DNA from: Vitrella brassicaformis CCMP3155
Lineage: Eukaryota; Protista; Chromerida
Length of the DNA: 64,000 nucleotides
Direction of reading: 5' to 3'
Assembly (NCBI GenBank): GCA_001179505.1
Contig: CDMY01000395.1
Coordinates: forward strand, 62,001 to 126,000
In this document: piece by piece, positions 24,851-38,366 of the stretch
Layout of the letters: every line of letters begins with the position of its first letter
Position numbering within the stretch: the first letter of the stretch is position 1
Notes under the pieces: generated by a model
What the model was told of the DNA's origin: nothing
Database searches by the model: none
What the model saw: only the letters and a program-made list of their open reading frames with translations
Position numbers and translations under genes: made by a program

Positions 24851-27176
24851 TTAGTCGATGCCCAGCGACACGAAGCGGCCGGACTGGTCGATGTAGCCCA
24901 GCTGCCCCCACTGGAACCGGCAGTCGGTGTTGCCGAGGTGGCCGTTGCAGCACTTGATGATGGACCCCTCCAGACCATACACGGCTGCCTCGTCCAAACT
25001 CGCCCGATGCACCACCTCTCGCACTCCGAGGCGCCTGTGTTGGCCGTCTTCTCCCCTTTTAATGGCGAAGCACTGCAGTGGCGGCACGCACACCGTCTGC
25101 CCGCCTTGCCCGGCCCCCGTCACGCCCATCACACTCTTCAACCACCGCTGCAGCCCCCGTCCCGCCCTTTCGCCCTTGCCCCTCTCGGCCTTGCCCACCA
25201 CCTCCCGATTGGCCGCCGTCTGCCCACGTCGGCCAGCCACCATCACACCCGGCACACTCTTCAATAACCGCACCATCACACAATCCGTCGATTCGCCCTT
25301 GCCCGTCCCGCTCGTCGCCCCTCCCTCCTGCTGTTGCGCGTGCCGGGCGCCGCCCACCACCTCTCGGTTGCTGGCCGTCTTGGTGGCCGCCTGGTTGATG
25401 AAATGGTCGACCGCGGCACTCACGCGGCGCTTGAGAAGCGAGTCGGCGATGAGAAACTTGTCAATGACGGCACGGGCAGCCGACGGGTCGTGGAGGAACG
25501 AGCCGATCTTCCATGCGATGCCTGTGGCCTCACACGGGCCGAATGTGAGGTTGGACGGGGAGGGGTCGGGGTGGGCGCCATCGTGGTGGGGCGCCATGGG
25601 CAGCAGGCAGCCGATGCGGGCAGCGGTGTCGCGCTGCGGCTTGAGGGCGGCATTGATGGCAGCCATCACACGCTCCGGCAGCTCGTTCAGAATCGCCGCA
25701 TACTCCTCCAGCACCAGGGACCGCTCGTACTGCGTCTCTTGGGTGTGCGAGGGCATCAGGTCGACCGACGCGCCGTGCTGCAGCAGGGTGCGGATGCAGC
25801 GCTTGGCCTCGTTGATCATCTCACGGATGACAGGTCTCAACCTGTGGAAAATGCGGGAACGGGAGACGTCGAGCGGGCAGCGCAGGCCTTGTGCCGCCCA
25901 TGAAAGGACGGTCAGATTGACGACGCCCGCCGCGTTGCTGCCGGGCCCGTCGATGTCGGTCAAAGGGATGCGGCCGAGTAGATACGTCAGAGCTTTGTGG
26001 TTGGACGCCCAGGCCGCGCACTGGAGTGGCGTCAGAGGCTCCACACTGGCCCCCCCTCCAGCTTGCTGCTGCTGAGTCAACGACGCGCCATGCTGCACCA
26101 ACATGTCCAGGTATCTGTTGAGGAATCGCTGCGACATACTCCTGCGGCTGCAAATGCTGATCACGGTCGTGTCGCCCATGACGCCCGTGTCGGTTGCGAG
26201 GGATGGGTCGTGCTGCAGCAGGCGGGCAGAGATGTCAAACAGGGTGTCTTCGGCCTCCTCATCGGTGAGCGAACACCCTTGCATGAAGAGGAGAGGGCTG
26301 CTGGCGAGGGACGGGTGGCCGCGGACTGCCACATGGTGGCTGAGGAGCACCTCGACGGCCGTCATGTTGAGGGACTCCTTGGCCATCTTGATGGGCACAA
26401 TGGTGTGGTCGTCTCCTCCGTTGACGTTCGCCCCTGCCGAGATGAGCTCATTGAGGATGGCCGCCTGCATCTCTCGCGTCGACCACTTAGGCAGAGTGAT
26501 CGTCGAGGCGATCGCGGGCAGCGTCGCAAACTGAAGGGGGGACAAGACGCTCTTGGTGTCGGTGGCCAGCACAAGGAGGCTGACAAGTTGGGTGTAGTTG
26601 CCTGCCGGATTCATATTCTGTTCCCATGGAAACGTCAGAGTGACAATGACATTGACGTCAGCGCCGAGACGAATGAGCCGCTGAATGCCGTCGAGGCTGA
26701 TGTTGCGGAGCAAAATGCCAAGCACCAGGTCTTTAGTGGGCTGACTCGCGTCGTCGGGCAGGTGGATGCCGACGCCCTCAATGATGGCGGCGTAGGCTCT
26801 GTTGGTACTGTCGGGCGTCAGAGCCAAGAGTATGAGTGCTTCATTGAGGACAAGGGTGTCCCAGAAAATGCCGACAAGCGACACGGGCACGACGCCCCAG
26901 CACACATCTGGAAGGAAAAGCACACGAACGGAGAGAAAAGAGGAGCCGGGACTCTGTCGTCGCTCGCTGTGCCTGTGCTTGGATCGCCTGACTCGTCTTA
27001 CAAAGGAGTATGACGATGATTAGTCGGGTATTGGCGGCAATGATGCCAGCGACACTGAGAGCGGGGACGATGGCATGACGAACACTGACAACGACACACG
27101 CGAGGAGGCGTATGACGTTAAGTAGACCGAGAGCTACCAGAGCCCCAACGCAGAGAGTGTCCATCACCAGGTCCAT
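24851..27176 (-). CDS. Ankyrin-repeat-like lineage-expanded family member with a hydrophobic (TM-like) N-terminus
   Basis: Exon 1 from ATG 27176 (MDLVMDTLCVGALVALGLLNVIRLL...IIVILL) is phase-compatible with a 690-codon uninterrupted exon. That exon contains LIRLGADVNV, LISAGANVNGG, TPLQCAA, LLQHGASVDLMP and ends FQWGQLGYIDQSGRFVSLGID*. Confidence 0.8.
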
Positions 27177-27891
27177 CTCCCGAGTGCTTGTGAGTGTCGC
27201 TATGCAGCAGGTGAGGGTTAGGTCGCGTCGTCGAGCCTTGCTGAGAGCGTTGAGGCACCGCACCGCACCACAGGAGCCGTCCGTGCGTAGGCCGTCACAC
27301 GCCGGTCATGTGGAACACCTGCACACACACGCAGGCACGCACACGCAGAGCAGTTCCAACCATCGTTTTATCTGTCTGCCAGCCCCTGTTTCCTACCCTG
27401 CAGTGTTTTTTATCAGTTGAGTTTTTGGCTATGCCTCATCCCGCTTACACAGGCGATGCGGCTGCCAGTGAAGCGATGGATGGCACTCAGATAAACAACA
27501 CAGATAACACGGCAGCTGATGGACACAAACACACAGATAAACAACAAGAGAGTAATGAGCTGTGAGATGCTCATCCTTTCACCCCTGTGCATTCACTCTC
27601 GTGCATGGAGGAATCTGTGTCATGGCGGTCGTGCGGCAACAGTAGCAGCAGCGGCAAGCAGCAATGACGGCAAGTCAGCGGAAGCAGCAACCGCAGTCAC
27701 AGCTCACACACGACAAGCAGCAGGGGAAAAACTGCTAGTAAGCACGCTTTTGTAGCCGGCGAGCTGAGAGCGATCGGCGTCAGTGTGGGAAAGGATGGAT
27801 ATCTTTGACGTTTGAGCGTTGCGGATGGACGGGGGAGGCATAGTCAAGCAAGGCATGAAGAGAAAACAACAGCAATGAGGTGCCTTCGTTC

Positions 27892-28358
27892 ATGAGCGAC
27901 AGCAGTGGTGCCTTCTTGACGCTCAACAGACACTGCTCGTGTGACGAGGTGAGGAAACAAGGGACACAACACAGGACAGGCGCATTTCATCCATGACTTG
28001 GCTCATTCTTGGTTGCACGCGCCGTGTCGGTTTCCCGCTCAGGTCAAGTGTGAGCGCTCCTGATGCTTTCGGGACGTCGGCCGCGTCGCCTCCGCGATGT
28101 CGTAGATAGGGAGGTGAGCACCAACAGAAATACATGGTGCAGTCAGTGTCAAGAGATGAGTGGTGGTTGTCCTTCCTTGTGCAGCCTGGCCTCGCTGGTT
28201 GACAGCCTCCCTAACGAGTGCGAGTTAGATGGGCTCGACGGGGAGACGAACGTCGCCTCCTGTGTGTTCACGCTGGATCCGGTAGCCAAGGGCCAGTAGG
28301 GAGGCGACAGGGAGCAGATGCGTTGCGGCTACTTGTAGTGTACATACAGACTTGACCA
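27892..28358 (+). pseudogene. Three-exon gene relic with two in-frame stops; includes repeat copy B
   Basis: Exons 27892-27948, 28043-28113 and 28185-28299 have canonical GT/AG ends and join in one frame, which contains TGA 28061-63 and TAG 28103-05. The 3' end is homologous to 24070-24260. Confidence 0.55.
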
Positions 28359-30161
28359 GGGGTAAGGGTCGCGGACGCGTCTCATTTTTACTCATAATGC
28401 ATTCGTCAGAAACACACCTGCATGTGGGTGGGCGTGGTGTTTCTCACGACTTTCTTCGGTGCAATGAAAGTCAGGTGATACGATGCCCTACATAGCACGT
28501 TTTGGGCATTCGTGCCGGGTAGGGTAGCACAAGATGGATAGTTGCGCGTGCCTGTAGTGGCCTGCAGTCTTGACTAGGGGATGGATGGCGGGGCAGACAT
28601 GTCCCCTCGATGCATGTGTGTGCGTGAGACGCCACCCGTCGAAGTGTGTGCGCATGGTGTGGTGTTCTCACATGACTTCCCCTAACGAAGAAATGGCCTT
28701 CATAGTGTTGCCGTTGTGTTGTTCTTTCCATATGCCATCAGCAGCACCGCACCGCATTGACACGCAGCTTCTGTCCATCGTAGCGATCCGGTCCGGCCCC
28801 CGTTCTGCCCCGCCTGCCTGTACATGTACTCACTCGTCGACTTGAAAAAGATAGATACGCATACGCAACACTTCCGCTGCCCTTCACTCGTCCGTGTGGC
28901 CATCACCTCACCCACTCACACACACACACACACATCCGGGGGATGCAGAGGAAAAACAGCTGGCCTGATTGCTCGCACAGACACACAGATATGTACACAG
29001 AGACGGGCATACCTAAAACAGTTTGTTAGTATCGACAGCCAGACAGACACCCAACGGCAGCCAGGCCGACTTGGAGCGCAAACATACCGACAGGCATGAC
29101 AGCTAGAGTAATGTGAGTCATGTAAGTAATGTGTGTATAAACATACACACACTTACTTACTTCGCTGCACACGCCCATTCCCCCCGAACACACATCAGAC
29201 GTGCACATACATCATCGAAGGAGACGGACGATCCATTCAGAGTGGGTCAGTGAGTGGCTGGCCACACAATCAGTGTGAGTGACTCGTCACGCGGCAGCGG
29301 TCAGGAATATAGTATATATAGACAAGACGGCTGGTCAGTCAGAATCGTTATGATGCATCGGTGCGGTTGGCGGGCAGCGCTGCATGCACATCCACCCACA
29401 TCGCTGGTGTCGTCTCTTTGCCTGCGATCTGCGTGGATGCACACACAACACCACCACACTGCACACGTGCCTACGCAATGCCCACCACACCTGACGCATC
29501 ACACCACAGACACACCATTCACACAAAACACCCACCCACACACATGAGACGGATACACACACCACACAAGAGACATACACACATATATGATGACGCTTCG
29601 CTCGGACACACGAACGAAAAACCAAGGATGTCTCCCCCCCTCCCTCCCCGGCCACTGCATGCGATCTGCGCTCTTCACGGAGGCAGGCATCACACACTGG
29701 CCAGGGGGAACGGGGAGACACATCCTCGCACTCAACCTTGCCCTCAACACACGCAGGCAGACAGGCAGGCAGGCAGGCAGTCAGGCAAGACGGGAAAAAT
29801 GTGGCATCAATCAATCAATGCATTCAATCTTGTCGTCTTGGTGCGATGCATTCTATCTTCGCTCGAGGCCTCAGCAACAACGCGACACCGATGGTAACAA
29901 AACGATAGACAGCTGAGCCGTACCCACACACACTCACACACTCTCCTCTCTCTCGCGAACGAACACGCTACAAAAACCGACCGCATCCATCATGGGCCAT
30001 CCATCCATCCACTGACCGACCTCCAACCGATATGCACACACGTAAAAACATGGGAAGACAGATAGATACACCACGTTGCATCACACCGCATCGCATGGCA
30101 TAGCGTAGATAGACAAGTAGAGAACCAACCCCTCTCTCTGCCTGCCCTGCCTCCGTCTCAG

Positions 30162-31416
30162 TCAGCATGCGGCGTCCTCCCTCCTCGCGACGGCCACGGC
30201 AGCAGGCCCCTCGCGCATCGTCACGGCAAAAGGGAAGGGGCACAGCGGCTCCGTGCACGTCAGAGTGGGTGTGGCCGGGAACATATGCACCGCTGCTGCG
30301 TATGGTGGGGGGAACGGGGGCGTGGTGCCTCCGCCGCAGGCGGCGGGAGAGAAGCTCATGAGTGAGGGGAAGGGCGAGCACGGCTCGACGGGAGGGGCGG
30401 GGAGGGGCGTGGGGAGAGAGGGAGGGATGTCGTTAATCACCTGACAGGCAGGCAGGCAGACAGACAGCACATGAAGTGCATGTGTCCGACGTCATCTGAC
30501 CTCTCTCCTAACCTTGTTGGCGGCCCCTGCCTTGCCGTAAAGCCTCACGAGTGCGTCGATCTCCTCGACAGTGTAGTGGGCCAGCCGCTGCAGGTTCACC
30601 GGCAGCGTCAGCCCACTGGTCTCATCCACCTCATCCCTGTCGTGGTTATCGCCCACAGAGGACGAGCAGTGGCCGTCGGTGCTGCCCTCCTTGCTGGTCG
30701 TGGAGCTGGCCTTGGCGCGTGCCTTCGAGCGCCTGTTTTTGCCCCGTCTGCGGCGCTTGGGCTCGTGGAAGTCGTGGCAGAAGAGGCAGCTGCGGCCGTT
30801 CTTGCAGCCCTTGGTGTGGACGAACACACACGGCTTGCAGAGGCCTTGGCCGTGGAACAGAGAACCAACTGAACAATGCAACGCAGACACAGAGAGAAAC
30901 ATGCGAAATGCCACTCAGCCCTGCCCATCTCTCATTACCTGATGCGAGGGCTGTGGAGCCATCATCCTTCCCGTCCGCCCCGACGGCAGCGATCGGCGTC
31001 ACGACGCCCCTCTCCTCCCCCCATGCACTCGACTCAGTGGACAGGCTGAAGCTCTTGGCAAACAGGGAAAACGGCGCGGCCGGCGGCGAAAGCGCAGAAC
31101 CGCCGCCACTGCCCTCGACCGCCCGGGAGCTGCCGGACGCGGGGGAGCTGCTCACGCCGAGCACTCGGAACAGGTGGTCGGGCAGCAGGTGGGGGATGGT
31201 CAGGCCGCTCCCGGCCGTCACGGACGCCGGGGCGTTGAGGGGAGAGGCGACTGGGGTGGGAGAGGACATCGTATGTACGGGGTCTTGTTGCAGCTGGCGG
31301 AAAGCCGAGAAGAGGTCGGGTAGTGCTGATGGTGCTGTTGGCGATGCAGCGCTGCCATCTTTGCCAGCTGTCGGAGAGGCAGCCAGAGGGCTGGGGGCGC
31401 TGGAGGCGTATGACAT
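30162..31416 (-). CDS. CCCH-type zinc-finger protein in low-complexity Ser/Pro-rich flanks
   Basis: Exon 2 encodes SVGSLFHGQGLCKPCVFVHTKGCKNGRSCLFCHDFHEPKRRRRGK (zinc finger followed by a basic NLS-like patch). The 5' end may extend further upstream. Confidence 0.7.
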
Positions 31417-32544
31417 TGGTGTTGTTTGCTGACCCTCACGAAGAGGTCATGCGCTTGCTGAAGGCGTCTCGGTGTGTTTCTGGTGCTTTTGCTAGTCGGC
31501 AATGGCGAATGTAGTCGTCGTAGTCGTTCACAGCTTCGAAATCGCCGCACTTTTCGTACAGGGTAGAAATTCTGCCGTTGGCCGTTGGGATCGCGAGGAT
31601 CATTCGGGACATCCCAGCAGGAGGTGATCGTCAGGATGACCTTGGACTACCCGGGAGCACCGCATCGTGATCACGTCGTCACTATCTCGTCTAGCATCTC
31701 GTCCTGTCGCATCCTGGCCGAAAGGAATCATGGTCATGGCCGGGAACTCCCATCATCGATAGGGCATCCCCCCTGGTCCAGTTCGTGAGCATTGTGAGTA
31801 CTCCGTCCCCCAATGAGCCTCCCGACGTTCGTCCCGCTCTTCGCACGGGACCTGTGTGCCTTCCATGGCCGCCTCAAAGCGCACAAGACCAAGAAGGCCG
31901 TCGATGACACGCTTCGATGGTACCCCAACACGCAAGCACACAGAAACCACAATGATGTCGCCGGTTGAATGATTCCCTTCAGTCGGGAGGACGTTTTTGT
32001 ATCGGTGTTTCGGGAGCTGTCGGGTGAGTTACTGGCGCTCCTGAGGTCTGTGGGGTCGCTGGGTGGTGGGGAAGGCTTCAATCTGGTGCTGGTGTTCGCT
32101 GCACTCGCGTGTTTGGCGTCGGATGATGTCATCGTGAAGGCTCAGTGTGAGGAACACACACAGACTCAGGGTGATTGTCACGTAGCCACGCACCACACAA
32201 GGACTGTCTTGTTTCTGTGTGTCCAGTCTTGTTTCTGTTCTTCGATTTCGACGGCTTGGGCCATCTCACACACTCCCATCTCTCCCTCATGATTGGCAGG
32301 TGACCAATTGTAGCAAGACAACGAGGCGCTCTCGTTCTGTATTCTGCCTCCCCTTTCATCAGTCTGCTTCAAGCCCATCGGATTTTGTGGCCGTCAGTGC
32401 TGCCGGCCCACCTGACCGAGGCGTCCCTTCTCGGCGAACTGAGTATATTCCAGTCCAGACGCAATGGCAGCAGAGACACCAATCACGGTGGGTGAGTATA
32501 CTGCGTCCTTTCGCAGCATATAAGTCCTTCCCCTGTCGCCTATC

Positions 32545-34837
32545 ATGTCAGTGTCTCCACAGTCTTTCCTGAATTGGGCGTCCTCCAGCCTCACCTTCAG
32601 CGCCCTTCTCACGCAGCCACCACCATCATTACCAGCACATGCAACCGCTGTCAAGAGGCCGTTCGAGAGCACCGACATGGACGAGGGGGCCAGCTACGAC
32701 GGAGAGGGACAGCCGCAGCCCACGTCCTCACTCAGCAGGGCCAGTGAGGCCGATACCCTCGCTACTACCCAAATCAAGGGAACGAGACTGAATGCTAGAG
32801 AGGTGGGAGAAGGCGACAATCTGCAGGTGAGAGATGAGACACAGGGAATACGGCCCGCTCACATGACGATGTCTTGCGGTCATCAGACGGCGCTCCACGA
32901 CGCCCAGCGGCAGATGGACGACTTGCAGTTGACCCTCTCTTCATCTTCCACCATACCCACCCCACCGCCTTCAGCCCTCAAAGCCATCCGCGAGACCCAC
33001 TCAGGACCTGAAAGCCAAAGCGCACATACAATCGACACGAGCCCCAATTTCAAGTCGCCTAAGCACCTGGCTAAGCAGATCGCGGCCTTGCGCGCGGCTC
33101 TGAGAGCGAGGGATGAGCACATTGCGCGGCTGGAGAAAGAGAAGGAAGAACTGGCGACAGCAGCGAAGAAGAAAAGCCCGTCAGCCTTGGCCAGGCCACA
33201 GAGCGCCCCAAGCGAGATTGGCGATGAGAGAGAGGGCAGCAGAGGGGGCAAGGCAACGAGTCTTGCGCGGGAGATGGCGACCCTGGCCGCATTCGAGACG
33301 TTGGAGCAGAGTTACAGGCGTGAGCAGGTGCAAGAGCTGAGAAGGCAGACGAAGCACAAGGATGAGGAGATCGGGAGGCTCAAGGGGCAGGTCGGGGACC
33401 TCACGCAGACGCTGCTTTCCTTCCGTGACAGTCGTCCCTCCAGCCCGGACTCGCCCTCACAGATACAGCAGATATTTAGACAGGCAAGGGCGTCAGTTTC
33501 GGTAAGCGTCAACACACAGGCGCACGCACGAGAAGCCCTCATTGCCTATCTTGCATGATATGTCTCCCAGGGCGAGGCTGCTCTGCTTTTCCCTGCTGAC
33601 GACATGGCCCGCCTGCAGCGATCGCTGAAGACGCTCGATGGACAGCTGGCCATCTTCTACACCCACTTCTCGCGCCGACCAGACGGCACCATAGTCGACT
33701 TTTCCACCCCATCCATCCCGCCCACGCCCTCCCACTCCTCACGCATCGGCCATGGACCCGATGACGAGCTCAATGTCGACTCCTTGATCGAGACGATTGA
33801 CCGAGCCGGCCGGGCGCTCGGGGAGGCCTTGCAGCTGTTTGTGGATAAGGAGAGTGTCTTGGCACGTTTGCAGGATGAGCTCACCCTCGCGCTGCAGACG
33901 GCCAGCAAGAGGGCCGACGCGATCAACGAAGGCAGCCCCTCTGCGTCGACCGACATTCAGCAGCTGCAGCGGGCTTTGAAGCAGCGAGCGTTGGAGCTCT
34001 TTGAATTATATGACAAGCTTGAAGAGAAGGAGAGGCTGATCGTGCAGCTGCAGCAGGAGAGAGAGCGAGGGGGCGGGGTGGTGTCACCGAGCAAGTCGAG
34101 AGTGGCGGAGGGTGGGCGTGGTGGGAATGTTGTGAGAGGGGGCAGGGAGGTGGGTTTCGACACACAGAGGAGCCGTGCTGAAATGGAGGGCCGTCTGCAG
34201 CAGCTCAAAGACGCCAGAAAACGGCTGAGAGCCAGCACCGTCATGGTGAGTGAGACACAATCCAATATATACAATCGACACACTTATCTGCCCCTGTCCT
34301 GTACTCATTGTGTCACAGTATCTGCGCACGACGACCAAGGCTCACGAGTCCGAAGAGGAGAGCGCCAGCGACCAAGACCAGCTCGACATCTTCCTGCACG
34401 CCGCCCTTCACCGGGCGGGCTCACCCGAGCCAGCCGAGGGCAACCAGACACCAACCAAAGGCAACAACCCAGCCCCACCCCGCCGCAGCAGCGACACCGT
34501 CACTGGCACCCACACACACAGCTCCGACCACCAAGGGCCCACAGCACGGAGGGAGGTGCAGTGGGGCTCCAATGACTTTGACAACGAGCTGGCCTATCCT
34601 CCGCACACCGACGGCGGGATTGAAGTGGTGCATCCCGACATTGCCCAGTGGTCAAGCTCTTCGTCGCCGTCAAGACGGTCGTCTGTGCGACGAGAGAGCA
34701 CTGGCAGTGGGCAGCCGGGCGAGACACAGGGGGGTGCGCTTGGGGTTGTTGATTGGAGCGGGGAAAGTGAGAGCAGGGGCGCTGTGGAATCACGGTCATC
34801 GTCTGGGGTGTCCTATGAGATGCCTGTGCAAGTGTGA
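32545..34837 (+). CDS. Coiled-coil protein (3-4 exons)
   Basis: Long ORFs 32545-33558, 33604-34575 and 34250-34837 with heptads (LAKQIAALRAALRARDEHIARLEKEKEEL; LFELYDKLEEKERLIVQLQQE), joined at GT-AG sites. Confidence 0.7.
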
Positions 34838-35089
34838 ATGAATGGGTGGGCCCGAGGTGGGTGGGTGGGTCTGTACTTGGCCAAATGTGCCTGAGGGGGG
34901 GCTGAATATATGGGTGGGGAGAAAGTTTGCGTGCTGGCCTGCAAGGCACTAACGAGACAGAGGCATTCAATGAATGGTATTGATTAACTGACTCTCTGCC
35001 GAAAGCAGTAGAGAGGTCTCATCAGCTAGCTACACACCATAGGCCACAGACACGCACCCATCCATCCATCCATCAGTACCTATATTTCT

Positions 35090-38000
35090 CTATCGAGCTG
35101 CCTCCTTCCCTCTCCTGGTCTGCTGGCGGCCCCCGCCACTGCTCAGCACATTGGTGAAGCGGCGTGACACCACCAGCACCAGCACCGTGAGCAGCAGCTC
35201 CACTACTGGGAAGTTCTCGAATATGTTGATGGGGCAGGGCGTCAGCTCCGACGGGTCGGTGTTGACGTTGATGCCGTCAGCTATCGTGGGCTTGGTGAGC
35301 TGCGGCCACCCCTGGCCCTCCCGCAGCTCCTCTAAGTCCTCCTTCCTGACCTCATGCAAGTAAATGGCGGGGTTGGTCCGGTTCCACCACTCGTGGGTCC
35401 GCCAACGGTCCTGAAAGAAAGACATGCACACACCAATTCGACAGCGGCGTGTGTGTGTGTGTGTGTATCTGTGTGTGTGTATCTGTGTGTGTGTGTGTGT
35501 GTGTGTGAATTGGCTGACCGTGAACTCATAGTTCCACTTGAGAATGCGGAGGGCCGCGGGCAGTCTCTCTGTGTGCTCGATCACGCCCACTTTCCCCTCA
35601 GACGCTTTGGGCCCACCCAGCAGCCCTACAAGCTGCTTCCACAGTCCCATGACGAGCGGCAGCATGTGCTGCTGGTGCGTGTTGGCGGGGTGCTCTTTGG
35701 GCAGGAAAGGGTTGCTCTTCAGAAGGCGCGAGGCGTGTGGGTCGTTGTGCAGCAGCTTGTAGACCAAATGGACCAGCCAGCCATTCTCCTGGTAGCGGCC
35801 CAGCGAAGCGAACCACATCTGCCAGTCGAGTCGCGGCTGGTGCGGCTGGGCGATTGCCGGCCGGGTGTCCTCCCTCCCCGGCTTATAAGCAAACTCATAC
35901 TCCAACCATTGCTGACACAGAGAGAGAGAGAGGGACATTATTGTGGACGGATGGATGGATGTGTGTGTGAGTCTGACTGACTGACTGACCCGCCGCTCTG
36001 GATCGTATCCTTCGATGGTGAGCTCTGGCCGCCCGCCCACACCCGTCATCCTGCGGAACAGACCGTAGCTCGCAGTCAGCTGGAACGGAGCTGAAAACAA
36101 CACAACCACACATACATACAGACAGACTCTGACCATCTCACTCACGAATGAGGTGCAAATGCTGTCTGTGCGCACCAGTGCGTCTGTGCAGCCCGGTGGT
36201 GAGGAGCTCTGGTGGGTGGAGGAAGTAGAGGGCGGGTTTGCTCAGGTCGCGGCCCCGTCGCTGCGTGCCGTGGACCGACGGGACCTCCATCTCCAGCCCC
36301 TGGTAGAAGGGCATCATGCTGCACACACACACACACACACAACCGGCCGCACACACACCATCGCGGGAGGGAGCTGTGGCATCAATCAGTTGTGACTGAC
36401 CTGTTCAGGAAGAGTGCGATTGCAGCCGTGCACACGAACAGGGCCCACGAGACGGTCCCAACCGACGCCCATCTGCTAATGCGCCGCCTGCATTCGGGAT
36501 GGCACAACGACACACAGACTGTGCGGTTGGTTGGCGTCTGTCAAGATAGCAATCTCTCTGGCCTACTGAGCTAGTTCCTCTCTCTGATGGACAGTAAGCC
36601 ATATGAGGCCCACGGCGCCACCCACAATCATCACCCACACTGACCACACACACACACACACACACAGAGGGCAGCAATGCCAGACACAATGGAGCCCTGT
36701 TTGTTTGAGTCTTTCCTTCTCACGTTGGGTGAGTGTGAGCGTCGGCACCACCAGAACCACAAACCGTCTCAGGTCATCGATATTGAATCTCAGCCGCCCC
36801 TGAGCGACATGGTCCAGCGGGAAGAGCACCAGGAACCCGCCCATCACAGCCAGCGCCACCAACACATACGTGCCGACCTCAAGCACCTCCGGTCGCCGCC
36901 AGAACGGCTTGATGGGCCAGGTCTCGTTGTCATCATTCTCATGTGCCTCGTCCGCTCGTGTGGTGGCCGTCCGGCTGTCGCCATTCATCGCCGCTGCCTT
37001 CTTGCCTCTCTTGGATGAGGGTGGTTTGTGAGGCGACGTGGTGGCGGGGGTCGAGGGGCTTGGTGAGGGTGGTGAGGTGATCGGGCAGCCCCAGAGGGAG
37101 AGAAGCTCCTTCGGCACGACACACGACAGGATGGCCTTGTCGTCGAGGCAATTCAGGCACCTGACACGAGAATGCATTCAATGGCTGCAGGACTGTGCGG
37201 GGTGTGGTGTTGTGTGTGTGCTCATTTCGTACATGACACATGCGAGAAGGTTGAAGAAGTTGTAGGAGCCTGTGGCCGCAATCAGCACCATCAGCGCCAC
37301 TTGGAAGAAGACCGCCACGTGCCGCGCGACGCGCCACGGTGAAAAGAGGAGGATCGACACGCAGATCTGGATGTAGAATGTGCCCGCCACGCCCATCTTC
37401 AGGAAGAATCCCGGCAGCTTGTGGGCGAACCAAGAGGTGGGCATGGGGAGGCACTGGGACTGGAAGTGCCACTGCAGCGCCGTCAGCGACCACCACGTCG
37501 GACACCCACTGACACACACGTAACACACACGTCAAGGCTCCATCCATCCATTCTCGTCTCGTGTGTGTCTGTCCACCTGTAGAGTTTGGTGATGCCCGAG
37601 GCGAACATGAGCCGAAACAGCAGCCACCTCACCAGCCACCGGACCACTCGGTGATGCACCGGCTCCCTCAGCGACGTGTCTGTCCGACCGTAGTCGGTGC
37701 CGCCCGGGCTGATGATCAATTTCTTGAGAAGCCCCAAGGGACAGTCGCCATAGAGGATGGCTATCGCGCCTGAGGGGAGCAAAGAAGAGGTCTTTCTTGA
37801 GTGAGATGGATGGATGAGTGATCCTGACGTACGTAGCTCACGCACGCACCGGTCTCTATCAGGAGTATGTCCCACTGGAAGTGCATGAATGTCTGGCCCA
37901 CCGACAGCATCGACAGGTACCCCGCATACAGCACAAACAGCACCGCGCTGTTGGACGTCACGTTGAGAGCTACACACAGGGAGAGCAGGACGCCCATCAG

Positions 38001-38366
38001 GCACACCACCGACATCAGGAAGGCCCCTTGGTCCACAGACGAGGGGAGCAAGTCGAGCACTGGGGCGATGACAGGGAAGATGGATGGCCGCGTGGCGAAG
38101 GACGCCAGGCTGCTGTGGATCTTGATGTGCCGCTCTGCTGGCAAGAGGCCATTGCAGGAGTAGAGGCCTGCTTGCGGCGAACCAAACACACAAGGAGCGA
38201 TGATATCTTTCAGCGCGTCTTTGCTGTTGTGTGTTCCGTACATACCATCAATCTGCACGAACAGGGATATGTATGCGATGAGGTAGCAGATGCCGACGCC
38301 CCGGATGAACAGGAAACGGGAGATCCGCCACAAATTCTGGTGCTCTGCCGCAATTGACCCTGCCAT
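35090..38366 (-). CDS. LMF2: Lipase maturation factor family protein (LMF2-like)
   Basis: FLFIRGVGICYLIAYISL, NGLLP, QTFMHFQWDILLIETG, LLFRLMFASGITKL, LTALQWHFQSQCLP, ATGSYNFFNLL, SYGLFRRMTGVGGRPE, EYEFAYKPG, PHQPRLDWQMWFA. Confidence 0.95.
35449..35507. repeat. (GT)n/(AC)n microsatellite inside an LMF2 intron
   Basis: About 59 bp of GT repeat with two ATCT interruptions. Confidence 0.9.

Noticed and set aside
27180-30160. Possible transposon or ncRNA in the longest gene-poor stretch
   Set aside because: No RT, transposase or integrase motifs, no terminal repeats and no tRNA/rRNA-like structure recognised. Mostly simple repeats plus the small relic already reported.
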